Source: a virus (taxonomy: Duplodnaviria; Caudoviricetes). From it: DNA of 49,613 bases. The stretch lies in IMG/VR virus record IMGVR_UViG_3300022307_000003, positions 1-49,613 of that record, one strand, 5' to 3'. Made by a program: the position numbers and the translations under genes. Positions within the stretch are counted from its first letter, which is position 1, and every line of letters starts with the position of its first letter. Of the stretch, positions 9,792-20,241 are shown piece after piece. Under the pieces are notes generated by a model. The model had not been told where the DNA came from and ran no database searches. It was given only the letters and a program-made list of their open reading frames with translations.

Positions 9792-11540
9792 ATGACGATC
9801 CCAACTAGCGACATTGCCAGCGGCGTTGCGCAGACTTCCACATTCGCCAACGACACGAGCGGCGCATCTGTCAATGCGCCTCAACATATCGCCGTGTTTG
9901 CCCAAGGCGCGACCGCCAACACCTACGCGACCACCAAGCGGCGTGTGACGTCCCACCAAGACGTGGGCGCGATTGAGGGATGGGGCTCGCCCGCTCATTC
10001 GAGCATCCGCGAGCTGTTCCCTGATTTCGGCGGCGGCGTGGGGTCCATCATCGTCACGCTCTACCCGTTGCCCAATGACACCGCGGGCGCGGCTGCCGCA
10101 GCGGGATCCATTGTCCCCAGCGGCACGCAGTCAGTTGCCGCTGCCTACCGCCTGCGGTTTGGTGGCGTTGCGTCCAACGAGTTCACTATCCCAGTAGGCG
10201 CCATCGCCGTCAACGATGTGTTGCGTGCCGCAGGCAACGCGACCAACGCTGTTTTGGAAATGCCAGTCATTGCCACGTACACCATTGGCACGGTGACGGC
10301 GACGCCAGACGGCGGCAACACTGGTGATGGCACTTGCGCGACACTATCAGCCACTGCTAGCACCTCACCAGGCACCTGGAACCTTGAGTGCACCGCAGCG
10401 GCCACGGATGCTGGCACGTTCAAGCTGGTAGACCCAGACGGCACGGTGATCAGCACCACAGTAGCAGTTTCCGGATCTCCGCAGACCGTGGGTGGAATCA
10501 CCTTCACGTTGACCGATGGCGCGGCTGACTTCATCGTGGGCGACACCTTCGCCGTGGTGGTGCCCGCTACCGCCTTGGTCACCACCACGAAGTGGAAGGG
10601 CCTGTCGGCCAACCGCGTTGTTTCCGAGGTTATTGGCGACACCACGCTAGGCACCTCGTTTGCTATCACTCAGGTGAGCGGCGGACTGGTTGATCCAACC
10701 CTAGATGCTGCTATCGCCCAGATAGCTGAGTCCGACTGGGAGACGATGGCCATCAACGCGCTGGACCCATACAACACCACCGCGCTCGATACCCTGGCGA
10801 CATGGGGAGAGGGTCAGTGGGGCCAGTTCGTCCACAAGCCATGCCTCGTGTTCCGCGGCAATGGCGAAGCCGACCAGCCCACTGCGTGTGCAACCACTGC
10901 GACGCGCACCACGGACCGCACCAACTTCCAGTTGGTTTCACCAGGTGACCCGAACATGCCTCACGTGATCGCCGCTGCCCAGGTGGCCAAGATCGCAGTG
11001 ATGGCCAACGCTACCCCACCGCACGGGTATGGCGGTCTGCGGTGCGATTCGCTATTGCCGGGCCTGCCCTCTCAGCAATGGAGCCGCACCGTTCGTGAGG
11101 CTGCGCTCGCTGCAGGTTCATCTACCGTCGAAATCCAAGACGGCAAGGTGATAATCGGCGACGTAATCTCAAGTTATGCCCCGGTTGGGCAGCCCAATCC
11201 AGCCTACAGGTTCGCGGTCGATATCGTGAAGTTGCAGAATGTACACCACAACGTGTCGATCAAATTCAGCACGGGATACCGATCGGCGCCTTTGATCGCC
11301 GACGCAGACGCGACCATCGAAGCGACCGCGAAGAAGCCGCGAATGCTCAAGATGGACCTCAACGCTGTGCTTGAGGCACTGGGGCAGCGAGCCATTCTGG
11401 CCAACGTTGCAGCCACGAAGAAGACAACCGCTGCCACCATCCTAGGCCCGCGCTCTGTGCAGCTTACCAGCAAGGTCACGCTGTCGGGCAACGTCGATCA
11501 AATCAGCGTGGACTTGGTCTGGGGCTTCCTGTTCGGTTGA
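9792..11540 (+). CDS. Contractile tail sheath protein (Mu gpL-like)
   Basis: PQHIAVFAQG, GWGSPAH, KWKGLSAN, ALAAGSSTVE and YRFAVDIVKL motifs. Confidence 0.88.
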   Translation: MTIPTSDIASGVAQTSTFANDTSGASVNAPQHIAVFAQGATANTYATTKRRVTSHQDVGAIEGWGSPAHSSIRELFPDFGGGVGSIIVTLYPLPNDTAGAAAAAGSIVPSGTQSVAAAYRLRFGGVASNEFTIPVGAIAVNDVLRAAGNATNAVLEMPVIATYTIGTVTATPDGGNTGDGTCATLSATASTSPGTWNLECTAAATDAGTFKLVDPDGTVISTTVAVSGSPQTVGGITFTLTDGAADFIVGDTFAVVVPATALVTTTKWKGLSANRVVSEVIGDTTLGTSFAITQVSGGLVDPTLDAAIAQIAESDWETMAINALDPYNTTALDTLATWGEGQWGQFVHKPCLVFRGNGEADQPTACATTATRTTDRTNFQLVSPGDPNMPHVIAAAQVAKIAVMANATPPHGYGGLRCDSLLPGLPSQQWSRTVREAALAAGSSTVEIQDGKVIIGDVISSYAPVGQPNPAYRFAVDIVKLQNVHHNVSIKFSTGYRSAPLIADADATIEATAKKPRMLKMDLNAVLEALGQRAILANVAATKKTTAATILGPRSVQLTSKVTLSGNVDQISVDLVWGFLFG

Positions 11541-11623
11541 TATCCATCCGTACTAACTCGACCCACACGCCACAACAATCCCGCCGCAGACATCGCGTGC
11601 GATAGTTTGAAAGGAATTCAATC

Positions 11624-12007
11624 ATGTCAGACGGCGGAAGCCTCAAAGAAGTGACCGTTGGCGGTCGCATTTTCCCAGCAACCTCGGACGCAGACGCACA
11701 GATCGACATTGGCGGCTACACGGTGGAACTGTCGCCCAACGGCGATGGCAAGACCGTGCGGAAGATCAAGACAATCAAGCCGTGGTCGTTCGATGGTGTA
11801 GTGGTGCAGGTTGATCCAGACCGCGACGATCAGCAGTTCTTGCAAGGCACTATTGACGGCAAGGACGATGTCGAACTCTCCCTGACGATGGTAGATGACA
11901 CTACCTACGTGGGGACGGGGACTATCACTGGAGACCTGAAGGTATCCACCATGAACGCCACCGCCCCACTGGCCTTTGGTGGTGGAGGCAAGGCAGAGAA
12001 GCAGTAG
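11624..12007 (+). CDS. Tail tube protein
   Basis: 127-aa beta-rich protein directly after the sheath; AAGGA RBS. Confidence 0.8.
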   Translation: MSDGGSLKEVTVGGRIFPATSDADAQIDIGGYTVELSPNGDGKTVRKIKTIKPWSFDGVVVQVDPDRDDQQFLQGTIDGKDDVELSLTMVDDTTYVGTGTITGDLKVSTMNATAPLAFGGGGKAEKQ

Positions 12008-12054
12008 AGCCACGTGGCTCTACCTAATGATAAACAGACCGAGGATAGACGGCT

Positions 12055-12516
12055 ATGGCAAACGAACAAAGAGAAGGGGCGACTCCCGCCACCAACCCCA
12101 AGCAGGCTGCCGTTGACGGCATCAAAGTGTCCAAAGAGATGTGCGAGGTTGAACTCGCACGTTTTGCGGAAGCGATGGCGCTGGACCTAAGCGAGGACAA
12201 GCTCGACGCAGAAGACAAGCTCACTCTCGCGGCTGCGCGCGACACGGTCATCAGGGCCATGATGTCGCGCAAGCTGGTGATTTCTGAAGATGAGGGCGAA
12301 CCAATATTCACCACGAGTGAGGGGGTAGAAGTCCGATTCCATGAAGTTCGTGGTGCGACACTTATGGCTATGGACACGAAGAAGGAAGGCCAGAAAATGG
12401 CTAAGGTATTCGCGATGCTTGCGCAACAGACGCGCAAATCTGTCGCCATGTACTCGAACATGCGAAAGCGCGACCTTGATGTGTGCATGGCTGTGCAGGC
12501 GCTTTTTATGGCTTGA
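12055..12516 (+). CDS. Tail assembly chaperone
   Basis: Between tube and tape measure genes; ends at CTTTTTA near its stop. Confidence 0.75.
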   Translation: MANEQREGATPATNPKQAAVDGIKVSKEMCEVELARFAEAMALDLSEDKLDAEDKLTLAAARDTVIRAMMSRKLVISEDEGEPIFTTSEGVEVRFHEVRGATLMAMDTKKEGQKMAKVFAMLAQQTRKSVAMYSNMRKRDLDVCMAVQALFMA

Positions 12517-12755
12517 GGACTAGCACAACTCTAGTCCGCGGAGGCGCTGACGTATACCTACAGCCCATCCATGACATGGAATCTGGTGCCATGGTCAAAC
12601 GTCACACTTTGATAGGCGTACACACGGAGATGCTGTTCCAGATTTGCCAGGACTACGCATCATTACCTGACATCCGCACCATGACGCTGTCCGAGATTCG
12701 CTTCTTTTACGACGGTCTACGCGGGTCACTCAAGCGAGCGACAAAACCCAGGTAG
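12502..12755 (+). CDS. Tail assembly chaperone -1 frameshift extension (gpGT-like)
   Basis: The -1 frame is open from before the T5 run at 12503-12507 to TAG at 12755; LPDIRTMTLSEIRFFY resembles gpT-type extensions. Confidence 0.65.
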
Positions 12756-12763
12756 AAGGCACT

Positions 12764-14794
12764 ATGGCTGGTAAATTCTCAATCGAAGGGGTGCTCAGGC
12801 TAACCGATAGACTCACGCGCCCACTCACGCGCGTTGAGTCAAGGGTTGGTAGGTTTGCCAGGCGTTCCAGCGCGAACATGCGCAAGCTCGACAAAAGCTT
12901 CATGCAGTCCCACCGCACTATATCGCGGGTAGGGCTAGGACTAGCCGCGTTTGGGGTGAGCGCTGCCCTTGCGCTAGGGCACGTTGGCAAGGCGGGCGCG
13001 GACTTCGAGCAAGCCATCACGGACGTTGGCGCGGTAGGTCTGCAGACGCGCGCCCAGATAAAACCGCTCGAAGATCTCGCTCTGCAACTGGGCGCGACTA
13101 CCAAATTCACCGCAACACAGTCCGCCGCGGCGATGGAGCTCATGGCGCGGTCTGGGTTCAGTAATGCCCAGATTATCGCTGGCGTGGGTGGCGTGCTCGA
13201 TGCTGCTGCCGCCTCTGGCCTGGAAATGGCAGAGGTGGCCGGGTACGTCTCGGACGCGCTCAAGGGCTTTCAGCTCGACGCCTCCCAAGCGACGCGCGTG
13301 GCGGATGTACTGGCGCTTGCTTCGAGCAAGACGAACTCCACGATCGGATCGCTGGGCGAGTCGCTGTCGAACGTCGCGTCGACCGCTCGCGAGCTAAAGG
13401 TACCCTTCGAGCAGACGGTGGCCGCTGTTGCGCTGTTACAGGACGTGGGCCTCGACGCCAGCGTTGCGGGGTCAGCACTCAACACGATGATGACGAAACT
13501 CGCGAAGCCCCCCGCGGCTATCGCGAAGCAGATGAAGAAATTCGGGGTGTCGTTCAAGGATGCGAAGGGCAACATGTTGCCCTTCCAGGACGTGCTCGCG
13601 AACATCTCGAAGGCTGCGGAAAAGTCGGGTGGCAACATGGACCGCGTGGCATTCCTAGCCGACTTGGTGGGCCTCCGCGGCCAGAAGGCCGCGTCCAACC
13701 TGGCCACACTGTTCGAGAGCGGCAAAGTCACAGAGCTGACCGCGCAGCTAGACAAAGCTGGCGGATCTGCCCGCAAGATGGCAGATCTCAAAATGGACAC
13801 CCTAACGGGTGACATCACGTTGCTAGAGAGCGCTGTGGACGGCGTCAAAGTGTCCCTGTTTGACCTCAACGGCGGCCCGCTGCGTGGTGTAGTTCAGGGG
13901 ATGACCGAGTGGGTCACCAAGAACAATGAACTCATCACCAGTGGTGTGGGCGACTTCATCACCGACTTCAAGGACGCGTTGCCCACCATCATCAAGTGGT
14001 TGCGCGCCATCGGAGCGAGTCTGGCGGTGTTCTACGCCTACGCTGCGGCGATCAAGGCCGCGACCGTGCTCACGGCCGTTTTTAATGCGGTGCTTGCACT
14101 TAATCCACTTGGCATGATCGCCCTTGCAGTCGCCGCGCTTGCCGTGCTGATGTACACGTTCTGGCCTGAGATCACAGAACTCGCAAAAGATGCGTGGTCC
14201 TGGATTGAATACGGGTGGCACAGGCTGACGATTAGCATTGGCGCAGGCTTGTTCAAAATCAAGCAATGGTGGGGTGCTGCCAGCGATTTCATTTCTGATG
14301 TATGGACATCGGCCATCGATTCAATCAAGGGATACTGGACCGGGTTTGCTTCCTGGATAGGGGAGCTGTGGGGCTCCATCACCACGAAGGCGTCCGAGGG
14401 GGCGACTGCTGTCGGAACGGCGATCGCTCCCATCGGCCGGTTCTTCTCTGACCTCTGGCAGGGGATCGCAGACACATTCCACAACACAATCGGGTGGCTG
14501 TTTGAGGCTATCTCGAAGGCGGTGGGCGACGTCCAGAAGCTTGGCGGCATCTCGATTGGCAATGCCAGCGAAGCGGCCAGTGCGGGCAGTTCCAGCAGCT
14601 CGGCCAGTGACGCGCAGGCCATCGGCCCACATGAGCGTGCCGCGGCCATTACCTCGCAATCATTCTCCGAAACCATGAGCACTGAAAAGAACTTCTCCGA
14701 GGTCGTGATTCGCGACGAATCTGGCAAGGCCTCGATGCCCCGCCGCCCGAAGCGCGGCAGCGGCATCAGCTTCGAGCCCACGGGCGCCTACTAG
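12764..14794 (+). CDS. Tail tape measure protein (TP901-type core)
   Basis: TKFTATQSAAAMELMARSG and ADVLALASSKTNS motifs, hydrophobic segment, Trp-spaced repeats. Confidence 0.93.
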   Translation: MAGKFSIEGVLRLTDRLTRPLTRVESRVGRFARRSSANMRKLDKSFMQSHRTISRVGLGLAAFGVSAALALGHVGKAGADFEQAITDVGAVGLQTRAQIKPLEDLALQLGATTKFTATQSAAAMELMARSGFSNAQIIAGVGGVLDAAAASGLEMAEVAGYVSDALKGFQLDASQATRVADVLALASSKTNSTIGSLGESLSNVASTARELKVPFEQTVAAVALLQDVGLDASVAGSALNTMMTKLAKPPAAIAKQMKKFGVSFKDAKGNMLPFQDVLANISKAAEKSGGNMDRVAFLADLVGLRGQKAASNLATLFESGKVTELTAQLDKAGGSARKMADLKMDTLTGDITLLESAVDGVKVSLFDLNGGPLRGVVQGMTEWVTKNNELITSGVGDFITDFKDALPTIIKWLRAIGASLAVFYAYAAAIKAATVLTAVFNAVLALNPLGMIALAVAALAVLMYTFWPEITELAKDAWSWIEYGWHRLTISIGAGLFKIKQWWGAASDFISDVWTSAIDSIKGYWTGFASWIGELWGSITTKASEGATAVGTAIAPIGRFFSDLWQGIADTFHNTIGWLFEAISKAVGDVQKLGGISIGNASEAASAGSSSSSASDAQAIGPHERAAAITSQSFSETMSTEKNFSEVVIRDESGKASMPRRPKRGSGISFEPTGAY

Positions 14795-16107
14795 TGTCGA
14801 TACTCGGCACGATTGGGTCCGTAGCCTACCCAGGGCAGAACAACGGCGCCCAGGAGCGCATACGGGAAGCTGCATACACCACCCCATCTGGGACGCGCAT
14901 TGAGTTTGAGTACGAGCGCGCCACGCGCACCACGCCAAAGAAGGGCACGGTGTTTGGTTTCGCTGGGCTCAACGAGGATTACGTCCAGCAGCACGGGTTT
15001 GGGTCGCGGCAGTATCCGATACTCGCCTACTTCACTGGCGACAACCACGACTTGGAAGCCACCGCCTTCGAGGCCGGGTGTCTCGAAGATGGTTTTGGCC
15101 TCCTGGAAAGCCCACGCTTCGGTCAGGTACCTGTGCTGTGCTGGGGCGACGTCAACCGCCGCGATGACCTGGTGTACGAGGTCAACCAGTCCGTGGTTGA
15201 GGTGACGTTCAGTACGTCACTGAAAGACCTGTACCCATCCGCACTGACCAACCCCCGATCGGAAGTTCTCAGTGCCTTGGACGGCTTCGACGTCCAGGCA
15301 TCGCAAGAGTTCACTGCCCAGACGAACCTATTGACCGCCGCGTCACGTGCTACCACGAAGGGCACGATCAAGGGGGTACTGAAGGACATCTCGTCAGCAT
15401 TGCGGGCGGTCTCAGAGGTCACCGCTGACGCCCGTCGCGAGTTTGCCGACAACTTCGCGGTGGTCAACCTCGGGATCGATGTGCTCATTGGTCAGCCGCT
15501 GTTGTTGGTGCGGCAAATCAACAACTTGATTCTCGCCCCGTCGAGGGCTCTGGCCGGTATCGTCTCGCGCCTCGAAGGCTACCGCGACCTACTGGACCGG
15601 ATGCGCGCCTCACCCGCAGGCGACCCCGCCGCCAACTACGTTGGACTAGGGCTGCTACTGCGCCAGCAGAACGACTTCCAGGTCACCCAACTGGTGGCCA
15701 TGAGCGCGGTGGCGGGCACGGTCAGCAGTGTGGTCAACACCACCTTCACCACCAAGCCCCAGGCGCTGGCGGCGGTCCAAACGCTGCTAACCCAGTTCGA
15801 TGACCTTGTCGCCTGGCGCGACGATGGCTTCGTCGCGGTCGGGGTAGACGACCCAGGTGGCGCCTACCAGGCGTTGTATTCCGCGGTCGCGCTCGCGGCT
15901 GGGTACTTGATTCAAATTAGCTTTCAACTGGTGCCAGAGCGCCGTATTACGCTGGGCCGGGCGCGGACGATAATTGACCTGTGCGCTGAACTATACGGCA
16001 GTGTGGATGACAAACTCGACCTGCTCATCAACTCCAATAACCTCACGGGCTCGGAAATCTTAGAGCTACCCAAGGGCCGTACCATTGCCTACTATCCCGC
16101 CAGATAA
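14794..16107 (+). CDS. DNA circularization N-terminal domain protein (Mu gpN-like)
   Basis: RIREAAYTTPSGTRIEF, YVQQHG, GLLESPRFG motifs; LysM-like C-terminus; follows the TMP. Confidence 0.8.
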   Translation: MSILGTIGSVAYPGQNNGAQERIREAAYTTPSGTRIEFEYERATRTTPKKGTVFGFAGLNEDYVQQHGFGSRQYPILAYFTGDNHDLEATAFEAGCLEDGFGLLESPRFGQVPVLCWGDVNRRDDLVYEVNQSVVEVTFSTSLKDLYPSALTNPRSEVLSALDGFDVQASQEFTAQTNLLTAASRATTKGTIKGVLKDISSALRAVSEVTADARREFADNFAVVNLGIDVLIGQPLLLVRQINNLILAPSRALAGIVSRLEGYRDLLDRMRASPAGDPAANYVGLGLLLRQQNDFQVTQLVAMSAVAGTVSSVVNTTFTTKPQALAAVQTLLTQFDDLVAWRDDGFVAVGVDDPGGAYQALYSAVALAAGYLIQISFQLVPERRITLGRARTIIDLCAELYGSVDDKLDLLINSNNLTGSEILELPKGRTIAYYPAR

Positions 16108-17158
16108 AGACGAGGTGATCGTCCTAATCGACGGGAAGGAATTCGGCGGCTGGACCGAGTTTGAGGACACGCACCACATAGACAGCTTCAGCACGGTGAC
16201 CTTTGGCGCACCATTCGAGGCCGATCGCCGCGCCTTCCGCGACGCCTTCAGACCGTACAGCTTCGCACCGCTCGAAGTGGGCATCGACGGTGAATCCATT
16301 TTCAAAGGGACCCTGGTGGGTCCCAGCCCCAACAGCGATCCCACCGCGTCCAGCGTCTACGCCTCGGCCTACAGCTTGCCGGGCGTGCTCGCCACAGCGT
16401 GCGTTCCCGCGGAGAATCTGCCGCTGGAGTTCAGGGGCCTGACGCTGCATGCGATGGCCCTGGCGCTATGTCGCCCGCTGGGCATCGAAGTGCAGCTCGA
16501 TGTTAGCGACGGCAGTCCCTTCGCGAAGTCCAAGCTGGAGGTTGACCAGTTCATTCTGGACTTCCTGGCAGAAGCCGCGCGCCAACGTGGCGTGGTGCTG
16601 AGCAACACTACTGACGGCGCGCTGCTGATTCAGCGGTCGACGGGAGAGGGTCGCCCCGTGGCGCGATTGGAGGGTGGCATCTCGCCCGTTGTGGGCGTGA
16701 TCGCAAGCCCACCCTCAGAAGAATACTACTCCCACATCACGGGATTCTCGACGACCAAGAAAGGCAAGCTGGGCAGCCACTACACCGTACGCAACCCTAA
16801 GCTACCCGCTTCAGTTGTGCGCCCGTCGAACTTCACTTTGAGCGATACTGAATCGGGGGACGTTCCCGCCGCAGCCACCGCCAAACTGGCGCGAATGTTT
16901 GGCGCGTCCTGCGCGTACGATGTGGACCTGTGCACCTGGCGCGACCCGCGTGGCAAGTTGTACATCCCCAACACCACCACCACGCTCAAGGCGCCCAATG
17001 CTATGGTCTACTCTGACTACGAGTTTTTGATTCGCACAGTGACCCGTCGTCGTGACGCGGTCTCGAAAACCGCTAGCTTGCGCCTGGTGCTTCCGGGTGC
17101 GTACAGCGGGCAAATCCCCAAGGCCATGCCTTGGGACGAACCTGGACTGCTGTCGTGA
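16085..17158 (+). CDS. Baseplate hub protein (Mu gp44/gpP-like)
   Basis: IDGKEFGGW, ARQRGVVLSNTTDGALLI and WRDPRGKLYIPN motifs. Confidence 0.85.
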   Translation: MPTIPPDKDEVIVLIDGKEFGGWTEFEDTHHIDSFSTVTFGAPFEADRRAFRDAFRPYSFAPLEVGIDGESIFKGTLVGPSPNSDPTASSVYASAYSLPGVLATACVPAENLPLEFRGLTLHAMALALCRPLGIEVQLDVSDGSPFAKSKLEVDQFILDFLAEAARQRGVVLSNTTDGALLIQRSTGEGRPVARLEGGISPVVGVIASPPSEEYYSHITGFSTTKKGKLGSHYTVRNPKLPASVVRPSNFTLSDTESGDVPAAATAKLARMFGASCAYDVDLCTWRDPRGKLYIPNTTTTLKAPNAMVYSDYEFLIRTVTRRRDAVSKTASLRLVLPGAYSGQIPKAMPWDEPGLLS

Positions 17159-17730
17159 AGGACCCATCGCCCATGCCCACCGTCGCTCAAGTTGTCGAAG
17201 TCGAGTCGGGCGGTAAGATCAAGGTTAACGCGGGCGGCAAAAACAATACGCTTACGGTCGAACAATGGCAGGATCCAGGCACGGACGCTCCGCCATTGCC
17301 TGGCGACTACGTAGCACTAACTGATGGCCCAGGCACTGGCGAGCGTCAGGCTGTGGGCTCCGACGACGGGACACAGAAGAAGGCCGCGGGCGGGGAAAAT
17401 CGCATCTATGGCCGCGACGCGAACGGCGCCCTCGTCTCCGAGGTGTGGCTCAAGGGCGATGGGTCGATTGAAATCACGAGCCTAAAGTCGGGCGCCAAGG
17501 TGACCATCACCACGGGCGGCGTCATTGAGATCAACGGCGCGTCAGACTTCGTGGCGCTCGCGCAGCTGGTACTTGCTCAATTGAACGACATTCGGACGAA
17601 GCACGACTCGCACACGCACATCACTACCGCAACGGTTGGCGCCAGCCCCACCCCTGGCGTCATTGCACCGCCAACGACCCCGATGGGTCCTGCGTCCTCT
17701 GTGGCGGCGGTGAATCTGAAAACCGACTAA
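17131..17730 (+). CDS. Baseplate spike protein (Mu gp45-like)
   Basis: PPLPGD, GENRIYGRD and HDSHTH metal-binding tip motif; the true start may be 17155 or 17173. Confidence 0.82.
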   Translation: MGRTWTAVVKDPSPMPTVAQVVEVESGGKIKVNAGGKNNTLTVEQWQDPGTDAPPLPGDYVALTDGPGTGERQAVGSDDGTQKKAAGGENRIYGRDANGALVSEVWLKGDGSIEITSLKSGAKVTITTGGVIEINGASDFVALAQLVLAQLNDIRTKHDSHTHITTATVGASPTPGVIAPPTTPMGPASSVAAVNLKTD

Positions 17731-18481
17731 TAGACGAGTCCGAAGGCGCGAAAATAGATGCCAGTCGTTCCGTTGCTAAACGAGCTCACTTCCGCCCGTA
17801 ACCGATACACCTTGAAGTTTTGGCTGGTCTGCGTGAGGTCGAGTATTGCGTCAACTGGGAACTCAACAGGAACCCCGTCAGCAGTCGCGGAAGGCGTCCA
17901 GGTAGTGGGCGCGCCCAGCAACGCATGAAGCCCGTCGGTATCGTCGACCAGCACCATCATCGTCCAGGAGCCAGGGGTGTCCACCCTTTCTTCGAGTATC
18001 CCTTCGGCGTCAAAGGTCAAACTCTGGGCAGCTCCTGTAGTGCGGGAGATGACCAACCGCAGCCCCATCGAGCTGGGAGGTGAGTTCAGTGTCACGGAAA
18101 AGTGGATGCCGAATATCACCTGGTCGCATGCGTCTTGAAAACCATCGCCATCGCTAAACGTGTCGTAGCAATCTGCGCAAAGTTTGCTCTGACACTTCCC
18201 GCCGATCGCCGCATCTGGTGCTCCCGCGTCCGCGGGCACCATCACATCCACTTCTGGAGCGTCTGCAACTGATGAGTCCATCACCCCACCTGTCCCACTG
18301 ACACCACCGCCCGTGTAGTTTGTGGGCTGCAGTACGTCTGCGTCTAGCTGGGGTGTTCGTGCGGCTCGCCCGTCGAGGCGTCGCTGTCGCCCGTCATGTC
18401 TGCGTCTGGGTAGACGAGCCATGTGGTGTCGCCGCACGCACAAGCCAGAATCCACAAAAAACCAATGGTTACATATTTCAT
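17727..18481 (-). pseudogene. Frameshifted lipoprotein gene inserted antisense in the baseplate module
   Basis: ATG at 18481 gives MKYVTIGFLWILACAC-G (lipobox) ending at TAG 18344; the body (DAGAPDA linker, Cys-rich, beta domain) continues in the -1 frame to 17727. Confidence 0.6.
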
Positions 18482-18588
18482 TGCGATGTGTGGCGGTCGC
18501 TGCGCGTTCACTTCGAGCGCCAGGCCGTCCCTCCATCTTACCAGTGTAGTCGATGAGCACCACATCGGCAATCCGCTCTGCATATCCC

Positions 18589-19029
18589 ATGACTGACGCG
18601 CTGCTAACGATTGGCCCTGACGGCGGCAACATCTCTGTAGTCAACGGCCGTACGGCCATGACCGACAGCCTCGAAACGTTGGTGTCGCTCTGTCTATGGG
18701 GCGGCAACGTGGCAGACACAGGTGGCGATTCCACCAAGGCGCTACAGTGGTGGGGTAACTTCCTAGAAGACGACTCAAAGTTCCACCTCAGGAGCAGGAC
18801 GCAGGCGTTGATCAACTCGCTGCCACTGATTCCCATAAACCTCCTGCGCATTGAAGACGCGGCGGTTCTCGACCTTTCAGTCATCACAGACCTAGGAATA
18901 GCGAAGTCTATTGCGACCATCGCGACCATCCCGGCGATCAACTCAGTACTGCTGGGCGTCCAAATCCTGGGCGATAATGAGCTGGAATTCTCCACCCAAT
19001 ACTTGCGGAAGCGAGCTGTGAATACATGA
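18589..19029 (+). CDS. Baseplate wedge protein (Mu gp46-like)
   Basis: LETLVSLCLWGGN...WWGN pattern; lies before baseplate J. Confidence 0.8.
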   Translation: MTDALLTIGPDGGNISVVNGRTAMTDSLETLVSLCLWGGNVADTGGDSTKALQWWGNFLEDDSKFHLRSRTQALINSLPLIPINLLRIEDAAVLDLSVITDLGIAKSIATIATIPAINSVLLGVQILGDNELEFSTQYLRKRAVNT

Positions 19030-20222
19030 GCACGACCGCACCCACGACTGCCGAGCTGAGCACCAGCATCGTGGCGCAGCTCGAAGCGCAGCTTGATCAG
19101 ACGGTGCCACTATTGCCAAAGGCCTTCCTGCGCGTGGTGGCGAAGGTTCTAGGCGCTGCAGTCGTCATACTCTACCGATACGCCGCCTTTACCCACCTAC
19201 AGATTTACACGCGCTATGCGACGCTGAGCGAGACCGAGGTCAACGGCAAGGCGATTCGCCCGCTTCTGGAGCGCGGCCGCGAGGTGGGCGTCCCAGACCC
19301 AGACGTCGCAGTCCGCGCAGAGCTGGTGGTGTCCGTCACAGTGACCACGCTCACGGGCTCACTAACCGCGGGCACCCAGCTACTCTATTCCGACACGGGC
19401 GTCGTTTACACCGTGGTAGCTGACACCGCGCTCGACGCATCCACCATATCGACCACCATTCGCGCCGCGTCGCAGCAGGGCGGCGGCGATGGTTCGGGAG
19501 AGATCGGAAACCTCGAAATCGGCGATACGCTCGACTTCGCAAGCCCTCTGCCCAACGTCTCGCGTACGGTCACTGTGACCAGCGTGGCGGTTGTCGGAGC
19601 TGAGGCGGAGAGCGAGGAATCCTATCGCGCCCGCACGCTGCGCAGGACCCAGGCGCGGCCCCAGGGAGGCGCGTACGCGGACTACCAGGTGTGGGCAGAG
19701 TACGCGAACGGTGTCGCCGCGGCCTACCCTTACAAGGGCGCGCCTGGGGAAATTGACGTGTACATCGAGTCCACCGCAGCGGTGGACCCAGACGGCATCC
19801 CCACCGCGGGAGTGCTGACGGCGGCGGCGGCGGCCATCAACTTCGACGCGGATGGGCTCGCGCGGCGGCGGCCCGCAAACGACAAGCTCAACGTTCTAGC
19901 CATCGCTCGCACGTTCTACACCGTCGAGGCCACTGGGCTCACTGCGGACGTTCCGCTTGGTCCCATTCAGGATGCCATCAACGCGGGCGTGGATGAGTTC
20001 CTACGTACACGCAAGCCGTACATCGAAGGGCTGTCTGTGTTCAGCCGTGAGGATCTAATCACCCAGGGCGCGGTTGCGGGCGTGGTGGTAGCGATTGCGG
20101 GCAGCTACGGGGCCTCGATTTCAGCGATTGCGATCAAGCTGGCGGGCTCACCTATCACTGTAGCGGCCTTGGCCCCTGGCGAGTTGGCCGCACTCAGTGG
20201 GGCAAGTGTCACGTGGCTGTAG
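19026..20222 (+). CDS. Baseplate J / Mu gp47-like protein
   Basis: GAEAESEESYRAR..PQGGAYADYQVWA motif; GEIGNL. Confidence 0.9.
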   Translation: MSTTAPTTAELSTSIVAQLEAQLDQTVPLLPKAFLRVVAKVLGAAVVILYRYAAFTHLQIYTRYATLSETEVNGKAIRPLLERGREVGVPDPDVAVRAELVVSVTVTTLTGSLTAGTQLLYSDTGVVYTVVADTALDASTISTTIRAASQQGGGDGSGEIGNLEIGDTLDFASPLPNVSRTVTVTSVAVVGAEAESEESYRARTLRRTQARPQGGAYADYQVWAEYANGVAAAYPYKGAPGEIDVYIESTAAVDPDGIPTAGVLTAAAAAINFDADGLARRRPANDKLNVLAIARTFYTVEATGLTADVPLGPIQDAINAGVDEFLRTRKPYIEGLSVFSREDLITQGAVAGVVVAIAGSYGASISAIAIKLAGSPITVAALAPGELAALSGASVTWL

Positions 20223-20241
20223 CCGCGTTTGAAGGAACTTC

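Noticed and set aside
270-16998. Numerous minus-strand ORFs under the structural genes
   Set aside because: Antisense shadows typical of GC-rich coding DNA; no RBS or motifs.
17727-18995. 422-aa minus-strand ORF as listed in the track
   Set aside because: Its N-terminal part is antisense to the gp46-like gene; only the part below ~18400 looks coding.
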